A DNA stretch of 63,999 nt, filler included, from Dimargaris cristalligena (GCA_003614675.1; 7 parts of 7 records of this genome joined end to end with filler, not necessarily neighbours in it), one strand, 5' to 3'; shown: positions 12,154-25,014, counted from the whole stretch's first letter. Numbers and translations are program-made. Notes: generated by a model from the letters alone, not told the origin.

Positions 12154-13413
12154 ACCTGGGGATAGAGCGATGTATCTCTGCGGACTCTAACACCCCATAT
12201 TATTTCAATTTAGTTTTAAAAAGGCAGCGTAGTTGCTATAATAGATTGCGGTGGTACCTAAGGATAGTTATGTTTTATTGGATGGTTTTAATAAAATTCT
12301 ATAATTCAATGTGAGCTGGGCTAACGATCGATTGCTGGGTTATTGTAAAAGCTGGATGACACTGGACCGGATAATAAGACGGTCTTTCTGATCATATACA
12401 TCAGCCCATATGTAATCAGAAACAACGCAGGTAATAAGCTATTCAGAGATGGTGCGCCTTGGGAGCCACTCTTTCCAAATCAGGGTTGCTGTAATAAACC
12501 AATGCCATCTGGGCATAATTAAGGCCATGTATAGGTGGCGTATTTAAATGATTTGGAGGAAATGTCGGGGGTTTTTTCCAGGGGAGAGGGGTGGTAAAGT
12601 AATCATCGGTATGGGGCGACCATACGTATATTCGGGCCTAAATGCCCGATTGCCCAGATTCACCAATGCCCCAAAGAACCAAGAGGAGGGTGAAATGGTG
12701 CACCAGTAGCATGTCCACCATTTATAAAAATAAAAATAGATTAAATGTAATAGCTGGTCTATGCTATACGACGGAGCCCGAGAGAGAGGGATATCTACCG
12801 CAGTCCAGTGAAATGAGAGCTTTTACGGCCTGTTGTCCAAATTGTAACATCTCTAGGCCCCACGCCAATCTGGTGGTCGTTCGCTCCACTTTGGCCGTCA
12901 ATCCATTTTGGCTTATTCCGGCCAATCGACGGTGTCCAACGCAACCCATCCACAATGGAAGCAGGGCCCGCCAGCCCTGTGTCAACTCGCTTGGCGTGGT
13001 GGACTCCGCTGCCCTGCTCGCCTATTCCCTCCGTGGTTGGGTACCCCACCAAATGTCGTTAGTACCGACGGCCTTGGATATCCGCCGCTCTTGGGCAGCC
13101 ACGTCGCAATTATCAATAAGCCGCATATATCCAATCCATCACCATAGCCATATATACATCCTTCTTTTGGGTGGGTATATAACTTATATGCGCTCTTGCC
13201 ACCACCCTTCCCCTTCGATTTGCTCTATATTACTAGCCCTGGCTCTGTCTCTCCACTTCATATATCCCTTCCCATCTCCCCTTTGCTCTCTATACCACTC
13301 TCCCTTCGGCCATTGTATCTCATCTTCTACGTATCTTTCACTGCTCTCTTGGCCACAACTCTTCCTTCTCCATGCCTTATCCATCCAGCTGCAACCCGCG
13401 CAAACCATCTAAA

Positions 13414-16071
13414 ATGCGCCGCTTATGGGGCCTGGCCGTGGTCAGCCTGTACCTGCTCACCGTGCCCATGGCCGTCCACGGCAACGTCATGGGTATCGAC
13501 TATGGTACCGACTTCTTCAAGGTGGCCTTGGTCGCCGCCGGCAAACCCCTCGACATTGTGCTCAACCGCGACTATAAGCGCAAGACTCAGTCCGTCGTCG
13601 TTGTCAAGGGCGATGAGCGCTTCTTCGGCGTGGAAGCTGTCAACAAGGTAAGCCCCCCTACTCCATAGTCACGCTTGGTATTATAGTGTAGTCAAGCATT
13701 GCCAGTCCCATTGGTGCTGTGAACCCTTAAACTCACCCCCCCTCTAATGTCCATTGCCTCTTTTGCGGCCTTTCGCTCGTCTCCACCCTACTAGCAAGTC
13801 CGTTTGGCCGAGTATTCCTATCCGTCGGTCAAGGCTGTCCTGGGTCGTCTCTACAGCGACCCCGATACCCAGGACTACATAAAGCGCTATAACCCCACCA
13901 TGGTCGAAGACCCTGAGCGCAAGACTCCCTTGTTCCAACAGGACCACTCCACCTTCTACAGCCCCGAGGAGCTGTTGGCCATGCAGATTCAATATGCTCG
14001 CGAAACCGCCTCCGCCGAGGCCGGCCGGCCCATCACCAGTGCCGTGATCGCCGTGCCCCCATTTTTTGATCAATTTGAACGTCAGGCTATCCTGGATGCC
14101 GCTTCTTTGGTGGGTGTACGCGTGTTGTCAGTAATCAACGACGGTGCTTCCGTAGCCTTGAACTATGCTATGGACAAAAGCTTCACAGAGCCCCAGTCCA
14201 TTCTATTCTACGACGTGGGCGCTGGTAGCACCACTGCCACTCTAGTCCGCTTTACCTCGGACGCGATGGCCAAGTCCACCCAGGTCGGTGTCCAGAGCTA
14301 CGGGTTCGACCGCACCTTGGGTGGCAGTGAGCTGGACCACCGGATCGCTGCCTTGCTGAGTGAAGAATTTATGCGTCAATTCAAGGATCAGGTTTCCCAG
14401 CACGTGGATGACTCCCCGCGCGCCAAAACCAAATTGCTCAAGGAAGCGAACCGGGTCAAGCACATTCTTAGTACCAACGTTGAAGCCCGGAGCTCCATCG
14501 AAAGCCTCCTCGATGGCCACGACTTCCGTACTACGGTGACCCGCGAGCAACTTGAGTCCCTCACCGAGGACTTGGTACCCCGCTTTATCCAGCCCATCGA
14601 CGATGCCCTAGCCCGCGCCAATATGACTCTGGCTGAAATCCAGTCCGTCGTTTTCGTCGGGGGTGGTCTGCGCGTCCCCTTCATTGACCGTGTTCTCCGG
14701 GAATATGTGGGTGATGACAAGGTGGCCCGTAACATCAATGGTGATGAAGCCGCTGTGAAGGGTGCTGCTCTCCACGCGGCCAGCATGAGTATGCAATTGA
14801 AGGCCAAGGGTATTTCGCTCAAGGACATCGTGCCCTACCCAGTGGAAGTAGTCTATGGTGAAACCGGCAGCGATATCGTGTCCCCTCCCCTTCCTCCTAC
14901 ATTGATTTTCCCTGCTGATGCTGACTTGGACAGTCGCCGGGCCATCTCGTTCCGCCACGCCAGCGATTTCGCCGTGCGGCTGCGCTACCCCGCCGACCCC
15001 ACCCTGCCCCATACTGAATTAAGCCAAATGAGCATTACTGGGCTTACTGACGCGGCCGAGGGTTACAAGCCCGAGGATCTGGGTCAACCCCTCCCCAAGG
15101 TCCGTCTGTCGGTTTTGGTCAACGAAAATGGTGTGGCCCAATTGCTCAAGGCCGAAGCTGCCTTCAATGTAACCAACCCCGTCCCAGAAAGTTCCTCTGA
15201 GGCTTCTAATAGCGAGTCCTCGGCCGCTGAGGCCGACAGCAGCGCTTCCTCCGAGTCTTCGTCCTCCACGACTTCGACGGCTGTTGCAACCCCGACTCCC
15301 CACGAACTGTTTAAGCTCGTCAAGGTGCCTCTTAAGATTACCTCCCAAGCCCTGGGGGTGCCCGCTCTGAGCGCCGATTCCAAATCAGCCGCCCGCAAAC
15401 GGTTTGCCGCCATGGACAAGAGTGATCGCCGGCGCCTTGAGCACGCCGAAGCCGTCAACAACCTCGAAAGCTACATTTACTTCATTCGTGACTTTGTGGA
15501 AGACGAGGTGTTCCACCCTTTCGCTTCTCCCGCCGATCGTGACACCCTGGCCTCCGATGCCAATGCTTTCTCCGAATGGTTGGAGGACACTGGTATCAAC
15601 GAAGAAACCCCGATTTACGTTGAAAAATACGACCAACTCAAGAAGGGCGTGGATGCGATCAAGCTTCGCCACTCAGAGCATCAGGATCGGCCCAAAGTGG
15701 TGACCCAATTGCAGAAGGCCACTTCCGAAGGCCTCTCTCTCTTGGAGCGTTTGGCCAAGGAATACACCGACTTGGAACTGAAGAATGCCCGCAAGGACAT
15801 GAATTCGCTCCAGCAGGCGGTCGATAAGGCCACCACCTGGCTCACTGACGCTACCGATCAACAGGCTAAGTTGGCCCTGACTGAAAACCCCGTATTGCTC
15901 ACATCGGAAATGCGCGCCCATATGGATACCGTTGATAAGGCCCATAAGAAACTGGCAGGCCGCAAGATTCGTAAGCGGCCTAGCGCGACTGCTTCCGAAA
16001 CCGAGACTGATGCTACTCCCAAGGACGAGAGCGATGATAGTTCCAGCCGCCCTGTCCATGACGAACTTTAA
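13414..16071 (+). CDS. LHS1: ER lumenal Hsp70-family nucleotide exchange factor (Lhs1/GRP170/HYOU1); exons 13414-13647 and 13795-16071
   Basis: Signal peptide, VMGIDYGTDFFKVALV, ILFYDVGAGSTTATLV, NINGDEAAVKGA and C-terminal HDEL. In-frame GT-AG intron at 13648-13794. Confidence 0.93.
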
Positions 16072-16602
16072 GCAATACTTTTATTTATCCCACTGTTAGC
16101 TAGTCTAACCAGCTGGAGCTTAAAATGCCGTTTTTTTGATCATCTTGCCATCCATGTTTGGTGCTTTGGCTCAATTTCTTCCCCTTCTTTCATCTGCTAT
16201 GTAGATTGTCATTCCTCATCGATTTCCTTCTCCACTATATAAATATCGACAAATCATTCATTAAAGTCACTAGACCTTTTATAAGGCAATTATCGTTATT
16301 CTCTCGTTTTAAAGTGGAGGCTAGGAACTAATGGTGGAGGACTGTACAGTTGAAAGTAAAAATGTGGGAAGGTAGGGTTAATCGAACCGCAAAACGAAAC
16401 GGTGTTCGCTCGGTAAGTCTGGTATTGCTGGTATTAAATAAATTACCCGTCTATTACCTCATTCACATGCCATCTAAGATCCGAAATAGCTCTGTCAAAT
16501 ATCGTCCATTTCAAAGTAGCGGTGTGGATATATTATTCAAGAGACATCCAAGTACACCATATATATATATTGGGGGTGAATTGTGTAAGAGTAAGAAGTT
16601 GA

Positions 16603-18495
16603 TTAGTAGCCCCGTGTTTCCTGGATCACCGTTTTCTTTTGTTGGGCTGTCATACGCCCGTAACCCGTTAGATGCATCGTAAAAGTACCCGTTCCCGCCG
16701 TTAACGACCGCAGAGCAGACGAATAACCGACCATGGAGCTTAAAGGGACCTGGGCGTGAATGACTTGCAAGCCAGACTGCCCACCACTGGATGGGCCACC
16801 GTAATCACCATACAGTCCACTAGAATCGCTCTCGGACTCCGTATCATCCGAAGGATTGGTATTGGTATTGTCGTCGGCACCAAGCCCACTTACGCGACCT
16901 CGCCGCACGCCACTCAAGTCACTTAACGTAGGCCCTAAATAGGATTCGGGCACTTGTACCACCACATTCATTAAAGGCTCCAACAACTCACACGTCGTTT
17001 GCTGTAACGCCTGGCGAACCGCCGAGACCGCACAGGCCCGTAGGGCCGCGGGCGAGCTGTCTTCTTCGCCGTACCACCGCAGGTGGCTCGCCCGGACGCG
17101 CATTTCTACGAGGGAGAACCCGAGCAGTTCGCCCCGGCTGAGGGCCTGCTGAATACCCGCGCGTACCGCCTCTTCGACGACTTCACGATCAGGTACCTCC
17201 TGTGTCAGGGAATCAAATAGCTCCGATACATCAATCGAGTTGGCACCCCGATCCACCGCACTGCCACTTTCAGGGTCGGAGTCGGAGTCAGCCAATTCCT
17301 CCCGCGGTTCGAGGGCCACAGTTATGCCGGCACGGCCCCGTTTACCAAGGACTTCCTTATCGTATTCCACCACCACGTCACCCGACGGCCGGCTGATCGT
17401 TTCCCGGTAGGCAATACGGATACCCCCAACGTCGGCTTTCACTTTATAATCCCGTAATAGCCGGTCTTTCACAATATCGAGGTGCAGTTCGCCCATCCCG
17501 CTGAGAATCGTTTGCCCCGATTCGGGATCGGTACTGACGTGCAAGGAAGGATCTTCGAGTAAGATATAATTAAGCGCCTGGGTGAGGGCCTTTTCTTCGG
17601 TAACGGAATGGGGCTCGACGGAACAGAAAAAGACGGGTGGTGGGGGTTCTAGTCCCCGGAGTTTGGGGAGTGCGGCTAGTTTAGGGGACCGCCCACTTCC
17701 GCCGGACACGGCTGCGCTGTCAACCAAGGTATCACCCGTACGCGTATGTTTAAGCCCCAGAATAACCCCAATCCCCCCCAGAGGAATTTCGGCGACCTCT
17801 TCAACATCGTCGGCGTACATGGTTAGCAACTTATTGGCCCGCTCCTTCTCCCGGTTATGCGTATTGATCAGTGTCATTCGGGGGGCCAGTGTGCCCGAAT
17901 AGACTCTGACGAATACCATGGGGCCTCGTCGCGAATCATAAATAACCTTGAAGGCCAGGGCACAGAGCCGGCCCGGTCCCTCGACCAATGGTACCGTCAC
18001 CACTTGATTAGGATGCTTAGAACCGCTTCCCGGCACAACGACAGTAGGGTTGGGCACATCGGCAGGGCAAGGTAAGTAGTTGATGACGGCATCCAGTAGC
18101 GGCTGCACTCCGGTATTGCGGAACGCCGAACCGCAGAGGACGGGAACGCCCTGATTAGCGATGGTGACCCGCCGGATAGCCGCGTCAATGTCCGCCGCCG
18201 ATACGGCCAGTGGATCCTCGGATTCGAGGAAAATCTCCAGCAGAGTTTCGTCCAAGTCACACAATGATTCAACCAGATCGGCGCGGGCCTGATGGACCGC
18301 GTTTACCAAGTCCCGCGTCTCGGAGGATGCTTCGGTGACGGTGGCAGACAGCGGAGTCTGATTCAGCTTCACCCCTTCGGTGGTCGTGTCGAATTCCAGC
18401 AGTTCCATGCGGATGACATCCGCAATGCCAGCGAGTAATGAACCGTTGGATAGGGGAATTGCGGTCAGTCCCCGGGTATTCACTTGGTCGAGGGG
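16603..18495 (-). CDS. MEF2: Mitochondrial EF-G2 / ribosome-releasing factor 2, 5'-truncated by the contig end
   Basis: [73 protein letters not shown] and LRSLTAGTGTFTM. This is the divergent EF-G2 type and it lacks the KKQSGG motif. Confidence 0.88.
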   Translation of the reverse strand, partial: PLDQVNTRGLTAIPLSNGSLLAGIADVIRMELLEFDTTTEGVKLNQTPLSATVTEASSETRDLVNAVHQARADLVESLCDLDETLLEIFLESEDPLAVSAADIDAAIRRVTIANQGVPVLCGSAFRNTGVQPLLDAVINYLPCPADVPNPTVVVPGSGSKHPNQVVTVPLVEGPGRLCALAFKVIYDSRRGPMVFVRVYSGTLAPRMTLINTHNREKERANKLLTMYADDVEEVAEIPLGGIGVILGLKHTRTGDTLVDSAAVSGGSGRSPKLAALPKLRGLEPPPPVFFCSVEPHSVTEEKALTQALNYILLEDPSLHVSTDPESGQTILSGMGELHLDIVKDRLLRDYKVKADVGGIRIAYRETISRPSGDVVVEYDKEVLGKRGRAGITVALEPREELADSDSDPESGSAVDRGANSIDVSELFDSLTQEVPDREVVEEAVRAGIQQALSRGELLGFSLVEMRVRASHLRWYGEEDSSPAALRACAVSAVRQALQQTTCELLEPLMNVVVQVPESYLGPTLSDLSGVRRGRVSGLGADDNTNTNPSDDTESESDSSGLYGDYGGPSSGGQSGLQVIHAQVPLSSMVGYSSALRSLTAGTGTFTMHLTGYGRMTAQQKKTVIQETRGY

Positions 18496-18595
18496 NNNNN
18501 NNNNNNNNNNNNNNNNNNNNNNNNNNNNNNNNNNNNNNNTTAATTAATTAANNNNNNNNNNNNNNNNNNNNNNNNNNNNNNNNNNNNNNNNNNNN

Positions 18596-18902
18596 CCTGG
18601 TCAATGAACTGGTTGCCGCCGTAGTAGCGGGCCCCCGGGTAGCCCTCGGAGTACTTGTTTTGCATCACGGAACCGAGGGCATCCATCACGGCGCGGGACG
18701 TGAAATTCTCGGAGGGGATCAGGTCAATGCCATCCCGTTGGCGGGCCTTTTCCTGTTGGATAATGGAGTAGACCGCGGGGTCTACCTCGGCCAGGGGGAG
18801 ATTCAGGTCACTGGCGGTGGAGGTGGAGTAGGCGGCAGTGGTAACTCTGGTGGCGTGGCGCCGGGCCAAGCCGGCGGTGACTCGAGTCAGAGAGTAGGCC
18901 AT
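18596..18902 (-). CDS. SHM1: Serine hydroxymethyltransferase, probably mitochondrial; N-terminal fragment
   Basis: Presequence [17 protein letters not shown], then [43 protein letters not shown]. Truncated by the linker. Confidence 0.9.
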
Positions 18903-20478
18903 GTTAGACGCAAATTCAAGGAGGACAATGCGGGGGGAATGGAGCGGGAGGGTTACTATACCTACGAGTAGTTTAGTTGGCGACAGGTGACTGGAAAAGT
19001 CAGCAAGAGAAAATACACAGAGGTGGAAGAAAAGAGACCCGAAGGACCGGAGATGCGAAGCAACAGTCACAAGGGACGGGGAGAAGTGAGGGTTTATGTA
19101 CGACGGGTTGGTTAGAGGGGAGGGAACGTACTCTACCACATCGTGAGGCAGGCGAAGGAAACTCATATTTTCAATCTGAGGCAAAAGTAGTCACTTTCCT
19201 CTATTGCTGGGTGAGACGGCGGCACCTGATTGGCTTTTCCCAGTCAACGCTGGGGCCCATGCGCGAATCGCAAATCAACGTTAATATGTGGGTGAGAATT
19301 ATTGAATACATATGATTCAGCAATACCAATATACTGCCGTCAGTTGAAACAACCAACACCATCACTACCATCCCCATATGGGATGTATTCGGCTGGCCGA
19401 GTCCAGCGAGTAGAATTGCCGCAATGTGGCAGCTGGTCTTCGCAGCGACTTGGTATAGGAGGGAGGTCGTGTTCTAGCAAGCCCTTCTCTATTTTGGGGC
19501 AGTTCTACACCCCCAAGAAATCTAATCTCTAATGAAGTCTGACATTTAATTGCCAATGTATGCTCACTATCGTATAGTAAGCGAATACCGATCATCCAGA
19601 TGACGGGCGTGAAGAGTGGAGTATTGCTTTTCGCAACAGAACTTTAAATGAAGTAGTGATCCCCCTATTGCAACCACAGAGTGTGGGGCCCGCCTCCCAG
19701 AAACTGAATGGTCACCCTGGAAAAAATGACCTTCCAAATTAAAAATGCTCAGCTACTAGCCAAAATTAACCACCCTTACGAACTCAGGATATAAAATAGA
19801 ATAGAGTGCAGTTAAATCCCGGTTCGTTAACTATTAATAAAATAGTCCCTAAATATCTATATAATGCGTACTTTCCCCACTCAATAAACCGCGGCAATGC
19901 TAGCCCCCGTTGGCCCTAGCGTAACACTGTGCTCAGGTTGACATTCGCACCACAATATTTAACCCTTGGCGTATTGTAATTGTTGATCTACCAAAATTCG
20001 ACCATAGTGATCCGCCGGCAATAATATCTAAATATTCCTCCTATGGCCGTCTAACATCCCAGGGACAATTTTCACATTCAGTTGCCACTACTCCCTGATC
20101 ATCAGAATTGGATCATTTGGAATTGATACCCAGCCCAAGGCCACAGCAGACCCTTATTCCATACCTCAATTTGATTTGTGTCCAACTACGCCAATCCCAG
20201 CATGTTGCGGATAATTAACAAATACAAGGTGGGTGGCGGGGGTTTATTGCAGCGATTTGATCAAAGTATCGAACATTGTAACCCCCAGACTACCGACCAA
20301 ACAACATATTTAGGAAATGGGGAGGGGGGGTGTTTGTGAGTGAGAGGAGGGGGGGAAAGATTGAGATTGTATATTGTTTATAGTTCAAATTACAATGATC
20401 GGTAACGGAACGCTACAGGGATAATTGAAGACGAAGCAGCAAGAAGAATAGAAGGATTGGAGAGTTGTAAAAGTAAAT

Positions 20479-21492
20479 TTACTTCTTCTTGGGGGCGGAC
20501 TTGGACTTGGTGGAAGCCTTCTCGGCCTTCTTCTTATCAGCGGTCACCTTCTTGGCGGCCTTAGCCTTTTCGATGGCTTCCTTGCGAAGGGCAGCACGAA
20601 CCTCGGGCTTCTGCTCGCGCTTGGCCTTGATGGTCTCCAAAGAGGCACCGGCGACGGCGCGCTGGCTCTTGACGGTACGGCGGGTCTTCTTGCGGGTGAT
20701 TTCTTCAGTCACACCCTTGCGGTTAATGCGGCGGTAGACCACAGTCCAGTTGATCTTACGGGGGTTCTTGCGCTGGAGGAACAGCGACTCCGACTTCGAG
20801 CTAACGAAACGGAAGACACGGTTGTCGGCACGGACATACAGGGAACCGTGACCGGGGTAGATCTTGTGACCGGAGAAGGAGCAGATTTCCAACCTAGTAA
20901 AGTGGGGGGAGAAGGGAGGCCCGAGGGAGGGATAAAGAAATAGGGGGGAATGGGTTAGATTCAGTACATGGGAGTAACAAAACCATCTGGTAAGATTGAC
21001 GGAATGGGGTCCCAATTAGTATTAGTCGGGAGACAGCCAGCGATTCCGGGCTCTGGGATGGACCGTTCACGCAAAGACCTCGCTCGACGCCGGTCTCATT
21101 CCAACGAACATTCGCCTGACCTGGACATAGCCCTCTTCTGGAGTGACTTCCGCGCCTTTGCCGATTGGTTTCGAACACCAATAATAAGGGGGCGCATAGT
21201 TCTCTACACAGATGTCCAGGCCGACTGGGTTCGTCAGTTCGATTCGAGTAATCGCGGCGTCTTATCGTCGGGGAGATGATGATTCCGGTAAAACGACCTA
21301 GGGTTGGATTGCGATGTGAGACCGGTTCGGCTTAGGCGATGTCTGGTTCCCGGGAGACGGCCGTTCGGGCTGATGGATGGATGGATGGTCGGACGGATGG
21401 ATGCGGCCGGCAAGCGAGGATTCGTCCGACAGGGGGCTGGGGTTAGGGTGGTGTACACCATCGGCCTCGATGGCTTCGGACACTTACTTCAT
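20479..21492 (-). CDS. RPL24: 60S ribosomal protein eL24; exons 21492-21488 (ATGAA) and 20893-20479
   Basis: [18 protein letters not shown]...[14 protein letters not shown] with a Lys/Ala-rich tail. 594-nt GTAAGT...TAG intron at 21487-20894. Confidence 0.95.
21090..21325 (-). ncRNA. Candidate structured intronic RNA element in the RPL24 intron
   Basis: Nested inverted repeats: 21090-21098/21317-21325, 21100-21105/21303-21308, 21120-21128/21212-21220, 21152-21156/21191-21195 and 21164-21169/21177-21182. Confidence 0.5.
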
Positions 21493-22131
21493 GGTGGTAT
21501 GAGTTCGCCGTAACAGAAATGTGGGGGTTTCCGAGGTACTAGAGTTAAGCGAAAGAGAGAGGCCGAATCGTAACCCCCAATTCCATCTGTTTTAATAATT
21601 CAGTTGGCGGGTGGTTTGCTCACTCACACTACCTTCTCTCCTAGTATTAGGTATAGATGATATGTGGCGATTGGCCTTATTCCCCACTTCTACCCACACC
21701 ACACATTACCATCCCTTGGAGCACACCTCCCCCCCTACCTACAGCATAAATGGCCCACACCCTATATCCAACCACCGCCATCTTAGTACTCCTAGAGCCA
21801 CACACATTATAGGCTGCACGACTACTGTTAATAGTCACGTGCCCGAAATTACCCACCCATATCCCCCCACCAGCTTCTTCTTTTACCAGTTAGTTCTAGC
21901 CCTTAGGACTTGACTGTGCTATAATATACCAGAGTGGATAGGATTCAAGTTGTCAGCCCAAAAAATAAAAAATAACCCCCCCTGTTCATAGCCAATTCTG
22001 GTCCAATTCACGAATTCACCAAAGGCCCACTCATTTCTATTTGTCACATTTCTGGGAATATCGCCATTGCCCGCCCATTCTCGGACGCTGCCTCTACATT
22101 CACTTTTACTTCTCCTCAACCAACCCCAGCA

Positions 22132-25014
22132 ATGACCATGCCAAGCGAAAGTCCCAGCCAACCTCGAGCCTCCGATAGTCCCCGGGTCAATGTAGAAGTC
22201 GACCCGGGCAATCTTGAGGATATCACCACCGTTGCCGCTGCCCAAAAAGGTAATACCAAAACCTCAGCTCACCTTATACAGCTTATTCACCGACCTAGAT
22301 ACATGCTAGGAATCCATGGTCTATTAGATATATGGAAGTAATTCTGATTTAGAGCCGAATTCCACTCGGTTTATGCGGCTGACCTTGCTCCAATACATTT
22401 GTCTATCATCTCCATATTGATCTATAGCAGCCCCAAGAGGTCGCACTCGAGTCAACCGTCTTGCTAACCAGATTCCCGATGACATTTTGAACAACGAACT
22501 CCTTAATCAGGCCATTGCGCTGGTAAGTTGCTTATTAATATTACCCGGCCTACCCGATCAATCATCATAGATGTTCGATTCATTTTGGTATTTTTATTAA
22601 TGCTATTTTTAAAAAATTATTTGATCAATACCCAAACATTCGATATGCCCAGCTACCCAGCAATTACAAATTTGAAATCCACAAGACTGTGTGGCAAATC
22701 CGAAAGGCCGAGTCAAAAATGGGTAAGTCTGGCGTTAATGTAATAATCCTTTCGCCTTCCCTATTTTAGTGACACACTATAGGCAACCACACCAACCTTA
22801 CAGCCTTGACCCTATCTGTAACACACATTGTTTAACCAGCTTACCAACTATATAAATATATATCCTACTGTAGTGGCGCTCCAGTTTCCCGAAGGCATTA
22901 TGATGTTTGCGTGCACCATTTCCGATATTTTAGAAAGGTAATTTCAAGATACATATATGCATCCTGTAATGATTGCGCACTGAAATAGATATATTCATTC
23001 AATAAGGCAAATCCCTCAAGTCTACCTTTAAATTATTTGTACCGGTTTTCTTGAATATATATAGATTCTGCAATGTGGAAACGGTCATTATGGGTGATGT
23101 GACTTACGGGGCGTGCTGCGTTGACGATTTTACCGCTAAAAGTCTCGGATGTGATTTTATGGTCCACTACGGCCATAGTTGTCTAGGTAAGTAATCTGGT
23201 TTATTGAGCAGCCATAGCCAAGTACATAATATTTTTTTGCAGCCCCATTATGGTAACCAAAGCTCTTTCGGAGGCCTCAATTAACACTCCTCAACTTTCT
23301 GTATCTCCACGGAAATCAACACCTCACTACCCATCCACCCAGTCCCGGTCAATGTCACGTCTATCAAAACCTTATATATCTTCGTCGAAATTGGTATCGA
23401 TACGACTCATTTTCTGGACACCGTTCGGAAGAACTTCCCGGCCGGATCCCGGCTGGCTATGGTGGGCACTATCCAGTTCGTCGCAGCCATTCAGGTAAGT
23501 AGGGGCGGGGAAAACCCAAGCCTCGTGTATTCCAATTGCTTATAGGCGTGTATTAGCGGGATCCAAGTCGACTGTCGAGTATATTTTCAGCGTATATGTT
23601 TGTATCTAACTCGACTTTTTTACCCCTTATTTTTCGTCAAAACTGTCGCTCCAAATAGCATTCTCGCCAACAACTCTCCGAGAAATATACAATCACTATC
23701 CCTCAATCGAAACCCCTTTCCCCGGGTGAAGTTTTGGGATGCACAGCACCGCGACTAACCGACCAAGATGCGATTGTGTAAGGCAGCTTGTTAAGTGCAA
23801 TTGTTATAGTAATGTTTATCGATTTTACCGGCTATTCAAAAAACGGCCATGCGCTACTCTTTAGCTTTCTGACTAAATTCGTTTTACGATATTGCTTATT
23901 TACCCTCACCTCGTCATATAGCTATCTTGCGGATGGTCGATTCCATTTGGAAGCCATCATGATCGCGAATCCCGATATCCCGGCCTACAAGTAAGTTGCT
24001 GATCTGCTCTATTATTATGTACTCTCTTAGTAGGTACCACATTTATAGATACGGATTCCAATATGTTCCCTGTGCTAAACATATGGTTTATACCCAACTA
24101 TTATAACTGTCACTATTAATATTATTTTTAAAAGGTACGATCCGTATTCTAAGAAGTTCACACAAGAATACTACGAGCACGCTGAAATGCACAGTCTACG
24201 AAAGAGTGCCATTCAATCGGCCCGGCGAGCCAAGAAGATTGGACTTATCATGGGAACCCTCGGTCGCCAAGGCAGCCCGGTGGTGTTAAAGGTAGAGTGC
24301 ATTTCATCAGCTAACATTCTCAACCCCTCAAGTCCTTAGCTTATGGCCTTTCTTAGGTTTTGTTTTGGTTACAATTCGAGCCCACCCTGTTGAAACCCGC
24401 GCACCTCTTTTCTGCCCGTATTATTCACTCTGGGGCGCCCTGGGGACCGGTCCTATAATTGAAATGAGACTTACATTAGATTTATGCGTATTATACTTGT
24501 AATCAAACTGCGAACCTAGGAATTGGGTGACAAGCTGCGCGCCCGGGGTATCGATTTTGTCACGGTGCTCCTGTCAGAAATTTTCCCCGACAAATTGGCA
24601 CAGTTTAAGGACGTTGATGCGTAAGTAACCATTCGCCCGCGTTTACGGAGCCCTACTTTCCTTGGTGAATTTGAGTCATCGTTAGTAATAGTGCCACTTA
24701 ATCGAAAATATACTAGTTTCTCTTCAAGTCACCGGGCCGGTTATTAATAATTAGTTATTTTGTATTTACTATTCAACTCTTTCACTACCTCACCAATTGT
24801 TAGCTGGGTCCAGGTAGCCTGTCCCCGCCTATCCATCGACTGGGGATATGCCTTCCCCAAACCATTACTATCGCCCTACGAAATGTCAGTGGCGCTGGAG
24901 TCGGTGCCGTGGCAATCGTCGTATCCAATGGACTTTTATGCCAATGACTCACTGGGCCCTTGGACCGTCAACCACGGCAAAGCGCGCCCGAAACGGGTCG
25001 CCACCGGCCAGTAG
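22132..25014 (+). CDS. DPH1: Diphthamide biosynthesis protein Dph1, about 11 exons
   Basis: The spliced product contains [86 protein letters not shown] and [14 protein letters not shown]. Ten GT-AG introns were read by eye; exact junctions are approximate. Confidence 0.93.

Noticed and set aside
12642..13412. 256-aa ORF upstream of LHS1
   Set aside because: It runs through the LHS1 promoter and pyrimidine-rich 5' UTR with low-complexity, unprotein-like composition.
21200..21240. CTGACGA plus a hairpin on the minus strand as a hammerhead ribozyme
   Set aside because: The required GAAA after stem II is missing.
21440..21448. CCCTAACCC (1.5 telomere repeats) in the RPL24 intron as a telomerase RNA template
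   Set aside because: A 9-mer of this class is expected by chance a few times in 64 kb, and I saw no U/A-rich triple-helix pseudoknot. It is worth revisiting only if the intron proves to be a stable RNA.
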